From positions 134,349 to 198,348 of the forward strand of contig JALOBU010000002.1 in NCBI GenBank assembly GCA_023228145.1: 64,000 nucleotides of DNA. The letters run 5' to 3'. This document shows positions 1 through 8,028 of this stretch, piece after piece (the first letter of the stretch is position 1; each line of letters opens with the position of its first letter). The notes beneath the pieces are model-generated. The model did not search any database. It saw only the letters and a program-made list of their open reading frames with translations, and had not been told where the DNA came from. The position numbers were made by a program, and so were the translations under genes. This DNA is from Bacteroidales bacterium. Lineage in GTDB: Bacteria > Bacteroidota > Bacteroidia > Bacteroidales > CAIWKO01.

Positions 1-306
1 GAGGTGACAGCAGCAAAAGTTTTGATTAGTTAAATTATTTCCTCATGTGTAAGCATATTGTTCTAAAATAACCCGGAGCAAACACAGTAGTTATACATTA
101 GATTGCTTACAAAAAAAATAATTTTATCACTTAACCCCAAATTCGTTATTTATAAATTTATTTCGAATGACCGTCATTAGAAAATTAATCATATAAGCAT
201 AAGTGAATCAGCATATTGTAATGACGAATCAACTAAGAAATGAACATCCAAAGTAAAAATGACATTTTCTTAAAAGTTAGATGTTTTATTCTACTTTTTT
301 GAAGTA

Positions 307-549
307 TTGGAATCTGGGTTTGATAATTATACTGTTACCGATGACCACCTGATGCATATTACCGGAATGGGAAAAGGAAAAAATGGAGCGAAATATTACC
401 TGGTGAAAAATTCGTGGGGAACAGAAAAAGGGGAAAAAGGCTATTGGTTTTTATCGGAGGATTTTGTAAAACTCAATACCATTGCCATACTGGTGCATAA
501 AAACGCCATTCCTGCCGGAATAAAAGCAAAACTTGGATTAGCTCAGTAA
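307..549 (+). pseudogene. C-terminal remnant of a papain-superfamily (C1, aminopeptidase-C-like) cysteine peptidase
   Basis: The 80-aa ORF keeps only the distal catalytic blocks (DDHLMHITG His block, YYLVKNSWG Asn/Trp block). The frame is closed upstream by TAA at 271-273. No N-terminal Cys block is present, and 1-306 is AT-rich and ORF-free. Confidence 0.55.
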
Positions 550-593
550 ATTTCTTACTAAAGAGAAATTTTAGTTAATAATTCTATTTCAGG

Positions 594-2432
594 TTAGTTC
601 CCTTGAAATTTATATAGCTCCGCTTTAAGCCCACTGATATAAATCTTAGCTTGATAAGGGTTCCAAATATATACTATTAACTTATCTTTTTTCCTGCTAC
701 GGATTTCAGGGGTTAAATATAGTTTGGTTAAAGTATTCCACTTGCCGGGGTTTAAGGTATCGGGCTTCATTGGAATAGCATAATATTTACAATTCGCTTT
801 TTTATGAATTGTAGATATAATAAGAAATGGAGGCTTTTGAATGTTGTTTGCCGGGCAATAGAAGCAGGTTGTTACTTTTAACCAGAAAAAATCACCATCT
901 AATTTTCTATAAGGTAAAGTGATATCGGGAGAAAATTCTTCAGCAGTATCAATAGTATAATAAAACCTGTTATGAACTGAACTATCTTTAGTGATTTTCT
1001 TTAAAGCTTTACTGCTGAATATTATTTTATCAAAAATGCAATATATTTCTTTTGGAAGCGCATTAAATTTGATTTGAACAGTATCTTCATTTATTCTTGA
1101 ATCGTGTGATAAAAGGCTTAAATCTTTTTCCGAAACATTTGTTTTGCCGAATGTTTTCCAATAATATTCTTTGGTCATTCTATCTCCTTTGAGTATTCCA
1201 TGATTAAATTGCCACAACTGAAATAAATTCAGCAGCAGGACAAACAGGAGTATAAAGACTGACATAATTTTTATCGCTTTACTTTTTACCGAAATCCAAT
1301 CCAGTAAAAAACCAAGAGAAAGCCCAAGGATAATATATAAAGATATAACAGCTCTTTGGCTATATCCATCAGCATACCACCAACAAGACCAGCTTGAAAT
1401 AATATAAACCGAAAGTACTAAGAAAGTAAGTGTCGAAAAAAATAAGCGTTTGTTTTTTTTATACATAAATGGGAATCCGAAAATTGATACAACGGCCAAA
1501 GGCGTGTATAAAAACCAACCTTTACGGTAACTAAATAAAAACTGCCGCAAATAAGGCTCATCAAAGTCAAACCCTTCACAAGGATCCTGATAACTGTAAA
1601 AAATCCATTGTCCCGATGTTATTTTCCAGTAAAGCATTTGCGGAAAAACTATTAAAAAAAATGACGGCATGAGCCATAATAAACGCTTCCAGTAAGTTTT
1701 AATATTGTCTTTTTTCCATAAAATCCATACTGCCACAAAAGTTATACATATTAATTCATTTGGCCTTGATATTGTTATTAATCCTAATAACAGCCCGGTA
1801 ATTACTGCATATTTTATCTTTTTGTTCTCATCCCATTTCATCACATACCATATCAGCATTGCGTTTAACATAAACAGGACATTATGCGGCATAAGTCCTG
1901 ATGATGATGAATACATAAGGTAATTGGTTCCAAAGACAAATAATAATATTACAAAAACAACAATTTTATCGCTTAAAAATTTTTTCAGAATTTTAAGAAA
2001 AAAATACAAGCCGATAAATGCATATATTGTTACACCGAAGCTTATAAAAGCCTGATAAGGCCATGTAAATCCATCTTGCGGGTATGCGAACAATCCGGCA
2101 TAAATATGTGCTAAAAGAAAAAAAGGCGCATAAAATAAAGAAAGCCCCATGGGGTATTTTAACACCCAAAAACCTTCCTGCCCCGGATATGCCTGATAAA
2201 AGGACTCTGTATTTCCGTATTTCTGGATAATTGTTTCAATCCATTTGAGGTCGGTTAAGCCTAAGTCATTGTAAATAAAAGTTGCCGGCAGATACAAATA
2301 ATACCCGAAAACATCCCAGCTTAACGAATCTGAATATGGCGTAAAAAGCCTAATTAACAATATTGCCAAACAAGCTATACAAAAAAACAAGTAAGGCATC
2401 CATGACTTTTTATCCCTCATAATATCATGCAA
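594..2432 (-). CDS. Polytopic membrane protein, GT-C-fold (GT39/ArnT/PMT_2-like) glycosyltransferase candidate
   Basis: 612-aa ORF. The N-terminal ~400 aa hold 10 or more hydrophobic helices and are followed by a ~200-aa soluble C-terminal domain. It is visibly AT-rich compared with core genes. The family assignment rests on architecture only. Confidence 0.4.
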   Translation of the reverse strand: MHDIMRDKKSWMPYLFFCIACLAILLIRLFTPYSDSLSWDVFGYYLYLPATFIYNDLGLTDLKWIETIIQKYGNTESFYQAYPGQEGFWVLKYPMGLSLFYAPFFLLAHIYAGLFAYPQDGFTWPYQAFISFGVTIYAFIGLYFFLKILKKFLSDKIVVFVILLFVFGTNYLMYSSSSGLMPHNVLFMLNAMLIWYVMKWDENKKIKYAVITGLLLGLITISRPNELICITFVAVWILWKKDNIKTYWKRLLWLMPSFFLIVFPQMLYWKITSGQWIFYSYQDPCEGFDFDEPYLRQFLFSYRKGWFLYTPLAVVSIFGFPFMYKKNKRLFFSTLTFLVLSVYIISSWSCWWYADGYSQRAVISLYIILGLSLGFLLDWISVKSKAIKIMSVFILLFVLLLNLFQLWQFNHGILKGDRMTKEYYWKTFGKTNVSEKDLSLLSHDSRINEDTVQIKFNALPKEIYCIFDKIIFSSKALKKITKDSSVHNRFYYTIDTAEEFSPDITLPYRKLDGDFFWLKVTTCFYCPANNIQKPPFLIISTIHKKANCKYYAIPMKPDTLNPGKWNTLTKLYLTPEIRSRKKDKLIVYIWNPYQAKIYISGLKAELYKFQGN

Positions 2433-2545
2433 TAAAACAGTACCTATTAGTGTTTTTTCATCACAAAGATTAAAAGTATCCTATAAAACCCTAATGTAAT
2501 AACTGAAAGTTCAAAAGCAAAAGACATACCCGTATCTCAATAAAA

Positions 2546-3067
2546 TCAATACATTTGCCTTACTTCTTTTTTGATATACTCAATAGCGTTGCTTACGGGC
2601 AGTTTGGCCTGCTGAGACGACATCTCAAATATCATCGAGCCGAGGTCGGCTGCTGTGGCTGTTTCGTTGAGTTTAAGCGCAGCAAGGTTCACCATCTTTG
2701 TCATCTCTTCCTTGGCGGTTCGTGTCAGTTCCCAGGCGGTGGAAGAAATATATATCTGTTGTGATAAATTGTGCTCAAATTCGTCACGAATGCTCTGCAC
2801 CAGGAGGGCCTGCAGTTCTTTGGCGCTCATATCGGATTTGGCAAGGCGTATGATGAGGCTTCCCGGCGAAATGCGTTCCAGGAGAAGAATAATGCGTTCG
2901 TATGCCTGCAGGCGCAAGGGTGTAATCACACCCTGATTGTTCAGCTTGATTTCGAGCATTTTTTTGCGGGTTCCGTTTTCCAGAAAAGCTTTTAATATGT
3001 AATAAGCCGTGATAAAAACCACCACCGAAGGCAGTATATATTTCAGTATGTCGAGAAAATCTTCCAT
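2546..3067 (-). CDS. Hypothetical protein with one N-terminal transmembrane helix
   Basis: 173-aa ORF with core-like GC content. It has an N-terminal hydrophobic segment (ILPSVVVFITAYYILKAF) followed by a helical soluble part. I recognised no motif. Confidence 0.55.
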   Translation of the reverse strand: MEDFLDILKYILPSVVVFITAYYILKAFLENGTRKKMLEIKLNNQGVITPLRLQAYERIILLLERISPGSLIIRLAKSDMSAKELQALLVQSIRDEFEHNLSQQIYISSTAWELTRTAKEEMTKMVNLAALKLNETATAADLGSMIFEMSSQQAKLPVSNAIEYIKKEVRQMY

Positions 3068-3226
3068 AATTAATTATTTATATGCAAAGATACTTTTAAT
3101 TTTTTTTTGAACACACATCATGGACAGTTTTTTAGCCAGAACAAGGGGTTATTGAAATAAAATCGGGATATGATTTTAAACCCAATTCCAATACTTTAAA
3201 AAAAGGCAGAATAAAACATCTAAAGC

Positions 3227-3362
3227 GCACGAATAACGTTGGCGGTATGACCAGTAAGGGATTGCGGAGCTACGTTCCTATCAACCGAGACGAAGGAATG
3301 ATGCGGGTGATGAGCTTCGCATACCACTGAAACCCTTATGGAATATACAAAATGTTACCAAC
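3227..3362. repeat. GC-rich structured element A (AAC...nested hairpins...GTT family)
   Basis: It starts GCACGAATAAC (3227-3237). Three nested helices are visible: 3242-3248/3321-3327, 3264-3271/3313-3320 and 3273-3279/3294-3300. It ends GTTACCAAC (3354-3362), which overlaps the TAA stop of the 177-aa gene. It shares GTAAGGG.TTGC and its end motifs with element B in inverted orientation. Confidence 0.6.
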
Positions 3363-3888
3363 TGGGCTTTGTTATTATTTCTTCATTTATCATTAATAAT
3401 GCACCTTTATAAGCAGTCTTAAATTTATCAAAAGAATTTACAACTTCTGACAAATCACTTAAGTTAAGTGATATATGAGCTTTCGAAATAAGATTGTTAT
3501 TTGTCTTTATATGCAAATGAGGTCCTTGCTTATATCGGCATTCATTTTCTAAAGGGTCTATATGTAATGACAATAATTCTTGATTCACATTGTCTTTATT
3601 TAACATCAATTTGAAGTAAGCTTTTTCTAATGTGAAATTTGAGCCATTATCTTTCCAAACCTCAAAATAAGAAGCATTATATCCCGTTTTCTGAGTTTTA
3701 AAAAACCAATCTTTATGATTCGTACTATGTGGATTAGAACCACCGAAAGCTCCAAAAACAATGAATCCTCTTGGAGATGTTCCAACTTTTGAAGAAACGG
3801 AGTTTCCATTTCTAGAAAGAGGTTGCATTAGTTTCCTAATTTCATTGCTTCTATGATGTATCTTCATATTTTCTAAAACAATAGGCAT
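3355..3888 (-). CDS. Hypothetical 177-aa protein, partner of the methyltransferase (candidate effector/nuclease, unassigned family)
   Basis: The ATG at 3888 lies 6 nt after the TAA of the upstream methyltransferase gene. It has the same AT-rich composition. I recognised no family. A His-containing segment LHIDPLENECRYKQGPHLHI is present. Confidence 0.7.
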   Translation of the reverse strand: MPIVLENMKIHHRSNEIRKLMQPLSRNGNSVSSKVGTSPRGFIVFGAFGGSNPHSTNHKDWFFKTQKTGYNASYFEVWKDNGSNFTLEKAYFKLMLNKDNVNQELLSLHIDPLENECRYKQGPHLHIKTNNNLISKAHISLNLSDLSEVVNSFDKFKTAYKGALLMINEEIITKPSW

Positions 3889-3894
3889 ATTATC

Positions 3895-6516
3895 TTAAAT
3901 GTTGAGAAAAGATTTTTCAGTTGAAGTTAAGTTATATAATTCTGCTACAGTCGAATCAATTTGTTTCTCTAAACCTAAAGACTCAAATTCATTACTAATA
4001 ATTCGCTTTTTGACAAGGTTTAAAACATCTTGAACAAGTTTTCTTTTATTCGTATCCTCCTGAAAAGGAGAAGGTATTGGCAATCCTTTAATATATGTTG
4101 GCTCAAGCATAGCAAAACCATTTTGGTATTTTGGAGCATGGGATATTAGATACCATAGACAAACTGTTGAATTTAAAATGCCTGTAAAATAATATAGTAG
4201 GTCAGTGTTGTCATATTCTTTTTTTAATACTAAAAATGGAGAGCGTGAGATTGCAAATTTTCCTTCAATATCAATATTGAATTTAGGTGTAAATATTAAA
4301 TGTGGCGTTAAAATCTTAGGGACTAACATAAATTTGGGCGATCTCGGTCTATTAGGCATCCACCATTTTATATTACCTTTTTTAACTTCATTTCTTTTTA
4401 ATAAATCAGATTCAAATTTTTTAAGATGTCTATATGTTTTAGGGTAATTATTCAGAAGTTCTTCCTCTGAAATCTTTGAGTCATTTATAAACGGGTAGAA
4501 AAAATATTCTTCAACTTCTTTCCTTGGTGAAAAGGAATTCATTTTTCTGTCTTCTAAGTATGGAACATAGATTGACTCTTCACCTTTGGGAATTTGATTT
4601 TTTGAAAGTGTAAATGCATCAACATGACCCGAGGCAAATCCTGTTCTAACATCAAAAAAATCTTTTATATTTGGATTTTTTGATATTTTGTTTTTAAGAC
4701 TTAATTCTGTTGGAGGTAATAAGAACCACTTGTTTCTATTAAAAAAATTATGATCTACCTCATAAACCGAAAAGTTATCATTTTCAACATAATCTTTTTT
4801 CAAAATATGATGTATAGCTTGTCCTGTATTATCTTGAATCTTTGAGATAATTGCATTGGATTTTATTATTGATTTTTTAAAAATCAATAATATGGGATAA
4901 ACTCCAGCTTCTTCAAATATTCTCTGTCTATTGTCAGAAAGATCTACAATACATTCTATCGAGCAAGTATCAAATAACTCTTTGCGTATACTCTGACAGC
5001 TATCTGTTGTAAGAAATGTATTTGGTAGGACAAAACAACCATAGCCACCTTCTTTTAGTGTTTGTATAGCAATTTTGACAAATGCTATGTACAGATCAGT
5101 TTTACCAAAACTCAACTCGCCAAGAAATTCCTTCAATGATTTTCTTGTAATTGCATCTAGGGAGTTGTATTTAATATATGGAGGATTTGATATAATAATA
5201 TCTACACTTTCTTCATATTTTGACTCCTTGAAAAATGCAAGAGAATCATCATTTACTATTTGTATTTTATCTTTTGGCAATTCGCCATATGACACTAAAT
5301 GTAATAATGATAATGAAAGATTTGCAGCATTACATGCTGTTTTGTTCTTATCGACAGCAATGATATTCTTGAATATATTATTATCTAAACCTTCTTTATG
5401 GTTAGTTTCAATTTGTCTTTCAAGAAAAGTTCTAATAAAAATTCCTGAACCAACCGCAGGCTCTAAAATTGTTAAATTCTTCGAATAAATATCTTTAATG
5501 TTGAATTCAAGATATTTAGTAAAAAATCTAGCAATAAACTGTGGCGTATAATAACTCCCTGAATTTTTATTGAATTTTTCTTCAGGGATAGGAGAAAAGA
5601 AACTTAATTGTTCAGTTTCTTTTATTTCCAATATTGAAACATATTTCTCATAAAGTCTGCTTAAAGCATGTTTGGAAATAATTGAGAAATCATATTCATA
5701 ATGGGAATACTTATTTTGGTAAAAGTCTTGAAATAATTGATATAGTGTTCTAGAATTAAGTTTATCGAATACTTTTAAAATATTAAAATCAATCAAATCA
5801 TTTGGAATATCTTTTATTTTATATTGTTCAAGAAAATTAAGAATAAGATTTGAATATTTTTCAATTTTTTGAGATTCAAGAATCCTATTTAAATTATTTT
5901 TATTGAAAGCTCCTGGTGATAAATTATAATTGTAATCTTCAATAGCTCTGAGAAAAATAATTGAATTAAAAAAAGATGATAATTGTTCATTGTTAACAGT
6001 GTTGTCTAATTCTGACGAAATTATTCGTTTCCAAAATGAAATTGTGTCTATAATGGTATCATCAAGAGTTTTATAAATAGGTTTTATTCGTCTCTCCTGA
6101 AGTAACTCTGAATAAGTACTACTTTTTAAATTTATTTCATCTTCGTTACTTCCAAAATGTATAAGATTATTTTCTCCTAATCTGTTATGGGTTCCACAAG
6201 CATTAAGACGATCTATTGATATATGTAAATCAACAAGATTATTATAAGAGACACTAAAAAGATTTAACTTTTCTATTTCAGTCAGTTTAGTGAATAAATA
6301 TTTTGATTGTATAAATGAAATTACCGCAGAATTTTCAAGACCATGTTCAACAAATAAATGTCCAGTTGTAATACTATTTTTATTTTTATCTTCAATAATA
6401 TCACTCGGATACCAGCCTAAATAATTTGAAAAATTTTCAAGTTCTTTGATTAAGCCTTTATCTCCATTCCAAGGTGAAATTAGTTTTCTTAATATGTTTG
6501 TATTAAAAGAGTCCAT
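3895..6516 (-). CDS. N6-adenine DNA methyltransferase, Eco57I/type IIG-like architecture with unassigned N-terminal domain
   Basis: 873 aa. Motifs are GSYYTPQFIARF (aa 320-331), ILEPAVGSGIF (SAM motif I, aa 350-360) and IIISNPPY (motif IV, aa 441-447, NPPY at nt 5176-5187). FDVRTGFASG (aa 621-630) marks a TaqI_C-like target-recognition part. Residues 1-315 are unassigned. Confidence 0.8.
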   Translation of the reverse strand: MDSFNTNILRKLISPWNGDKGLIKELENFSNYLGWYPSDIIEDKNKNSITTGHLFVEHGLENSAVISFIQSKYLFTKLTEIEKLNLFSVSYNNLVDLHISIDRLNACGTHNRLGENNLIHFGSNEDEINLKSSTYSELLQERRIKPIYKTLDDTIIDTISFWKRIISSELDNTVNNEQLSSFFNSIIFLRAIEDYNYNLSPGAFNKNNLNRILESQKIEKYSNLILNFLEQYKIKDIPNDLIDFNILKVFDKLNSRTLYQLFQDFYQNKYSHYEYDFSIISKHALSRLYEKYVSILEIKETEQLSFFSPIPEEKFNKNSGSYYTPQFIARFFTKYLEFNIKDIYSKNLTILEPAVGSGIFIRTFLERQIETNHKEGLDNNIFKNIIAVDKNKTACNAANLSLSLLHLVSYGELPKDKIQIVNDDSLAFFKESKYEESVDIIISNPPYIKYNSLDAITRKSLKEFLGELSFGKTDLYIAFVKIAIQTLKEGGYGCFVLPNTFLTTDSCQSIRKELFDTCSIECIVDLSDNRQRIFEEAGVYPILLIFKKSIIKSNAIISKIQDNTGQAIHHILKKDYVENDNFSVYEVDHNFFNRNKWFLLPPTELSLKNKISKNPNIKDFFDVRTGFASGHVDAFTLSKNQIPKGEESIYVPYLEDRKMNSFSPRKEVEEYFFYPFINDSKISEEELLNNYPKTYRHLKKFESDLLKRNEVKKGNIKWWMPNRPRSPKFMLVPKILTPHLIFTPKFNIDIEGKFAISRSPFLVLKKEYDNTDLLYYFTGILNSTVCLWYLISHAPKYQNGFAMLEPTYIKGLPIPSPFQEDTNKRKLVQDVLNLVKKRIISNEFESLGLEKQIDSTVAELYNLTSTEKSFLNI

Positions 6517-6536
6517 TTAGTTTTTTTTATAAAACC

Positions 6537-6544
6537 CAAAGATA
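6537..6544 (-). promoter_or_regulatory. Bacteroidota -7 box (TAnnTTTG) for the methyltransferase operon
   Basis: Minus strand reads TATCTTTG, 21-28 nt upstream of the ATG at 6516. Confidence 0.4.
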
Positions 6545-6594
6545 ATCTAAATTTTATTCCTCCAATTTATCTGCGAATGCACTTTTTTTGCCTT

Positions 6595-6732
6595 GTTGGT
6601 AACGAACCGGTGTGGCAAGTCGGCGGCGGTGATAGAAGTACTTTCCTGTCCACCAAACCGACCGCTAAATAAAAGCACTGCACTGTCTGCAAACCCTTAC
6701 CCGCCGCTGCTTGCCACACAAAGTTATATGCA
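6595..6732. repeat. GC-rich structured element B (AAC...long hairpin...GTT family)
   Basis: GTTGGTAAC (6595-6603) is followed by a 10-bp stem 6610-6619/6710-6719 and a 7-bp stem 6623-6629/6701-6707 enclosing ~70 nt. It ends GTTATATGCA (6723-6732). Its reverse complement aligns with element A at the head (GCA..ATAAC), at GTAAGGG.TTGC and at the tail (GTTACCAAC). Confidence 0.65.
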
Positions 6733-6780
6733 TGTTATAAGTTTTTATGTCATTAATCGTATCAGAGAATTAAAATAATA

Positions 6781-6811
6781 AACAGGGGAGATTAATAATA
6801 AGTCCCCTGTT
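6781..6811 (-). terminator. Hairpin terminator downstream of the PLDc_N gene
   Basis: 9-bp stem AACAGGGGA/TCCCCTGTT with a 13-nt loop, followed by a T/A-rich tract on the minus strand, 20 nt after the stop at 6831. Confidence 0.5.
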
Positions 6812-6830
6812 CTATTAGTGAAAACAAAAG

Positions 6831-7049
6831 TCAATGTGCGACTTGTACTTTTTTCCGATTTACTTCTACTATATACTTAATGATGTAAATGAATGCACCT
6901 AAAAATGGAATAAACAGTACAAACAAAGACCACAATATTTTGTGTGCTTGTTTTTCTTCATGCTTAAATATAAACACAAAACTCAAAACAACTACTATTA
7001 ATAGTGTTATTAATAGTATTATTATTATTGCTGGATGAATTAGTACCAT
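6831..7049 (-). CDS. Small membrane protein with PLDc_N-type (phospholipase-D/nuclease N-terminal) motif
   Basis: 72 aa with two hydrophobic helices. ILWSLFVLFIPFLGAFIYII fits the W..v...P.lG...Y signature of PLDc_N. Confidence 0.6.
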   Translation of the reverse strand: MVLIHPAIIIILLITLLIVVVLSFVFIFKHEEKQAHKILWSLFVLFIPFLGAFIYIIKYIVEVNRKKVQVAH

Positions 7050-7056
7050 GATTTTA

Positions 7057-7809
7057 TTAATTTGAGTAAAAATTTGCTGTGCACATACATAAAAGTCCTT
7101 CCCAAATACAAGAAATTGTTACACCTGTACCGAACCAACCAGGATGAGCAGCTAAAATGGCTTTATAATCATGATTACACCAATACTCAGAGTCGGAATG
7201 GTTCAAATGAAAACCAACTGCTGTACCTTGATATTTATATTTAAGACCAAAATTTGGTAATAAATCGTGAACTAAACCTTGCATAACAAATTCATGAAGT
7301 AGAGTTGATAATATGATAAAATCGCTACAAATTTTTACAGGGGCATCTTCGAATTCAAATTTGTTGATATTTGTTTCCTGTCCCTCAAGAGTCACAAAAA
7401 AGTCTTTTGTTACGAAATTATATTTAACATCTGTAGAACAATCTTCGCCATATATTATATACGAATCGTTCGTCTTTATGATTTTATAAACTTTTTTATC
7501 TAAGAGATACTTGTCTGCGTTGACTATTAATTCACCATCGCCCGAAAATACCTGAAATGTAATATGATCATCCATTATTTCCAAAACATCAATTTCCTTA
7601 ATGTTTAAGGGTAAAAGGTATTCTGAAAACTTTGTCAATTTGTACTTATCATAGCCTTTCAAAATAAGGTTATCAAACAAATTGTCTTGTGGAGAAATAT
7701 TCTGAGAATTTGTCGTTGGTTGTGTAACTTCGGTCGATTTCTTACATGAATTAAAAGAAAATGCCACACAAATAATTAGCAATAAAACAATTAATTTTTT
7801 CATTTTCAT
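7057..7809 (-). CDS. Hypothetical lipoprotein with Cys-rich C-terminus
   Basis: 250 aa. It has a lipoprotein signal MKMKKLIVLLLIICVAFSFNSC. The C-terminal part is WCNHDYK...ISCIWEGLLCMCTANF. It is AT-rich and lies 7 nt upstream of the next gene. Confidence 0.7.
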   Translation of the reverse strand: MKMKKLIVLLLIICVAFSFNSCKKSTEVTQPTTNSQNISPQDNLFDNLILKGYDKYKLTKFSEYLLPLNIKEIDVLEIMDDHITFQVFSGDGELIVNADKYLLDKKVYKIIKTNDSYIIYGEDCSTDVKYNFVTKDFFVTLEGQETNINKFEFEDAPVKICSDFIILSTLLHEFVMQGLVHDLLPNFGLKYKYQGTAVGFHLNHSDSEYWCNHDYKAILAAHPGWFGTGVTISCIWEGLLCMCTANFYSN

Positions 7810-7825
7810 AAATATTTGAGTTTAA

Positions 7826-7833
7826 CAAAAGTA
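7826..7833 (-). promoter_or_regulatory. Bacteroidota -7 box (TAnnTTTG) for the lipoprotein/PLDc_N pair
   Basis: Minus strand reads TACTTTTG, 17-24 nt upstream of the ATG at 7809. Confidence 0.4.
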
Positions 7834-7962
7834 CATTTTTTCTAATCAGTCAGCAAATTTATTGTGCTGGTTACTCTATTTTTTCATGTCGATTTTCACT
7901 TGCACATTCTCGACTTCAGGTGGTCAGCCTGCAATAACCGGTCTTTGTTTTTTTTAAATAGT

Positions 7963-8028
7963 TGCATATAACGCCTGTGTTAGCGCATTGCGTTTATTTT
8001 TACTTTAGCTCTTCTGTAGCTGCAATCC
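7963..8028. repeat. Element C, truncated member of the A/B family
   Basis: TGCATATAAC (7963-7972) is the exact reverse complement of GTTATATGCA at the B end (6723-6732). GTAGCTGCAATCC (8016-8028) is close to the reverse complement of GGATTGCGGAGCTAC in A (3259-3273). I found no complete stem. Confidence 0.45.

Noticed and set aside
1-306. Possible RNA gene or mobile-element end in the ORF-free leader of the window
   Set aside because: The stretch is AT-rich with no convincing helices, repeats or conserved RNA motifs that I could see. There is too little context at the window edge to make any call.
6593-6778. 61-aa plus-strand ORF over element B
   Set aside because: It coincides with the GC-rich hairpin. 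The peptide has low complexity and no motifs, and the ORF is explained by the local absence of stops in GC-rich DNA.
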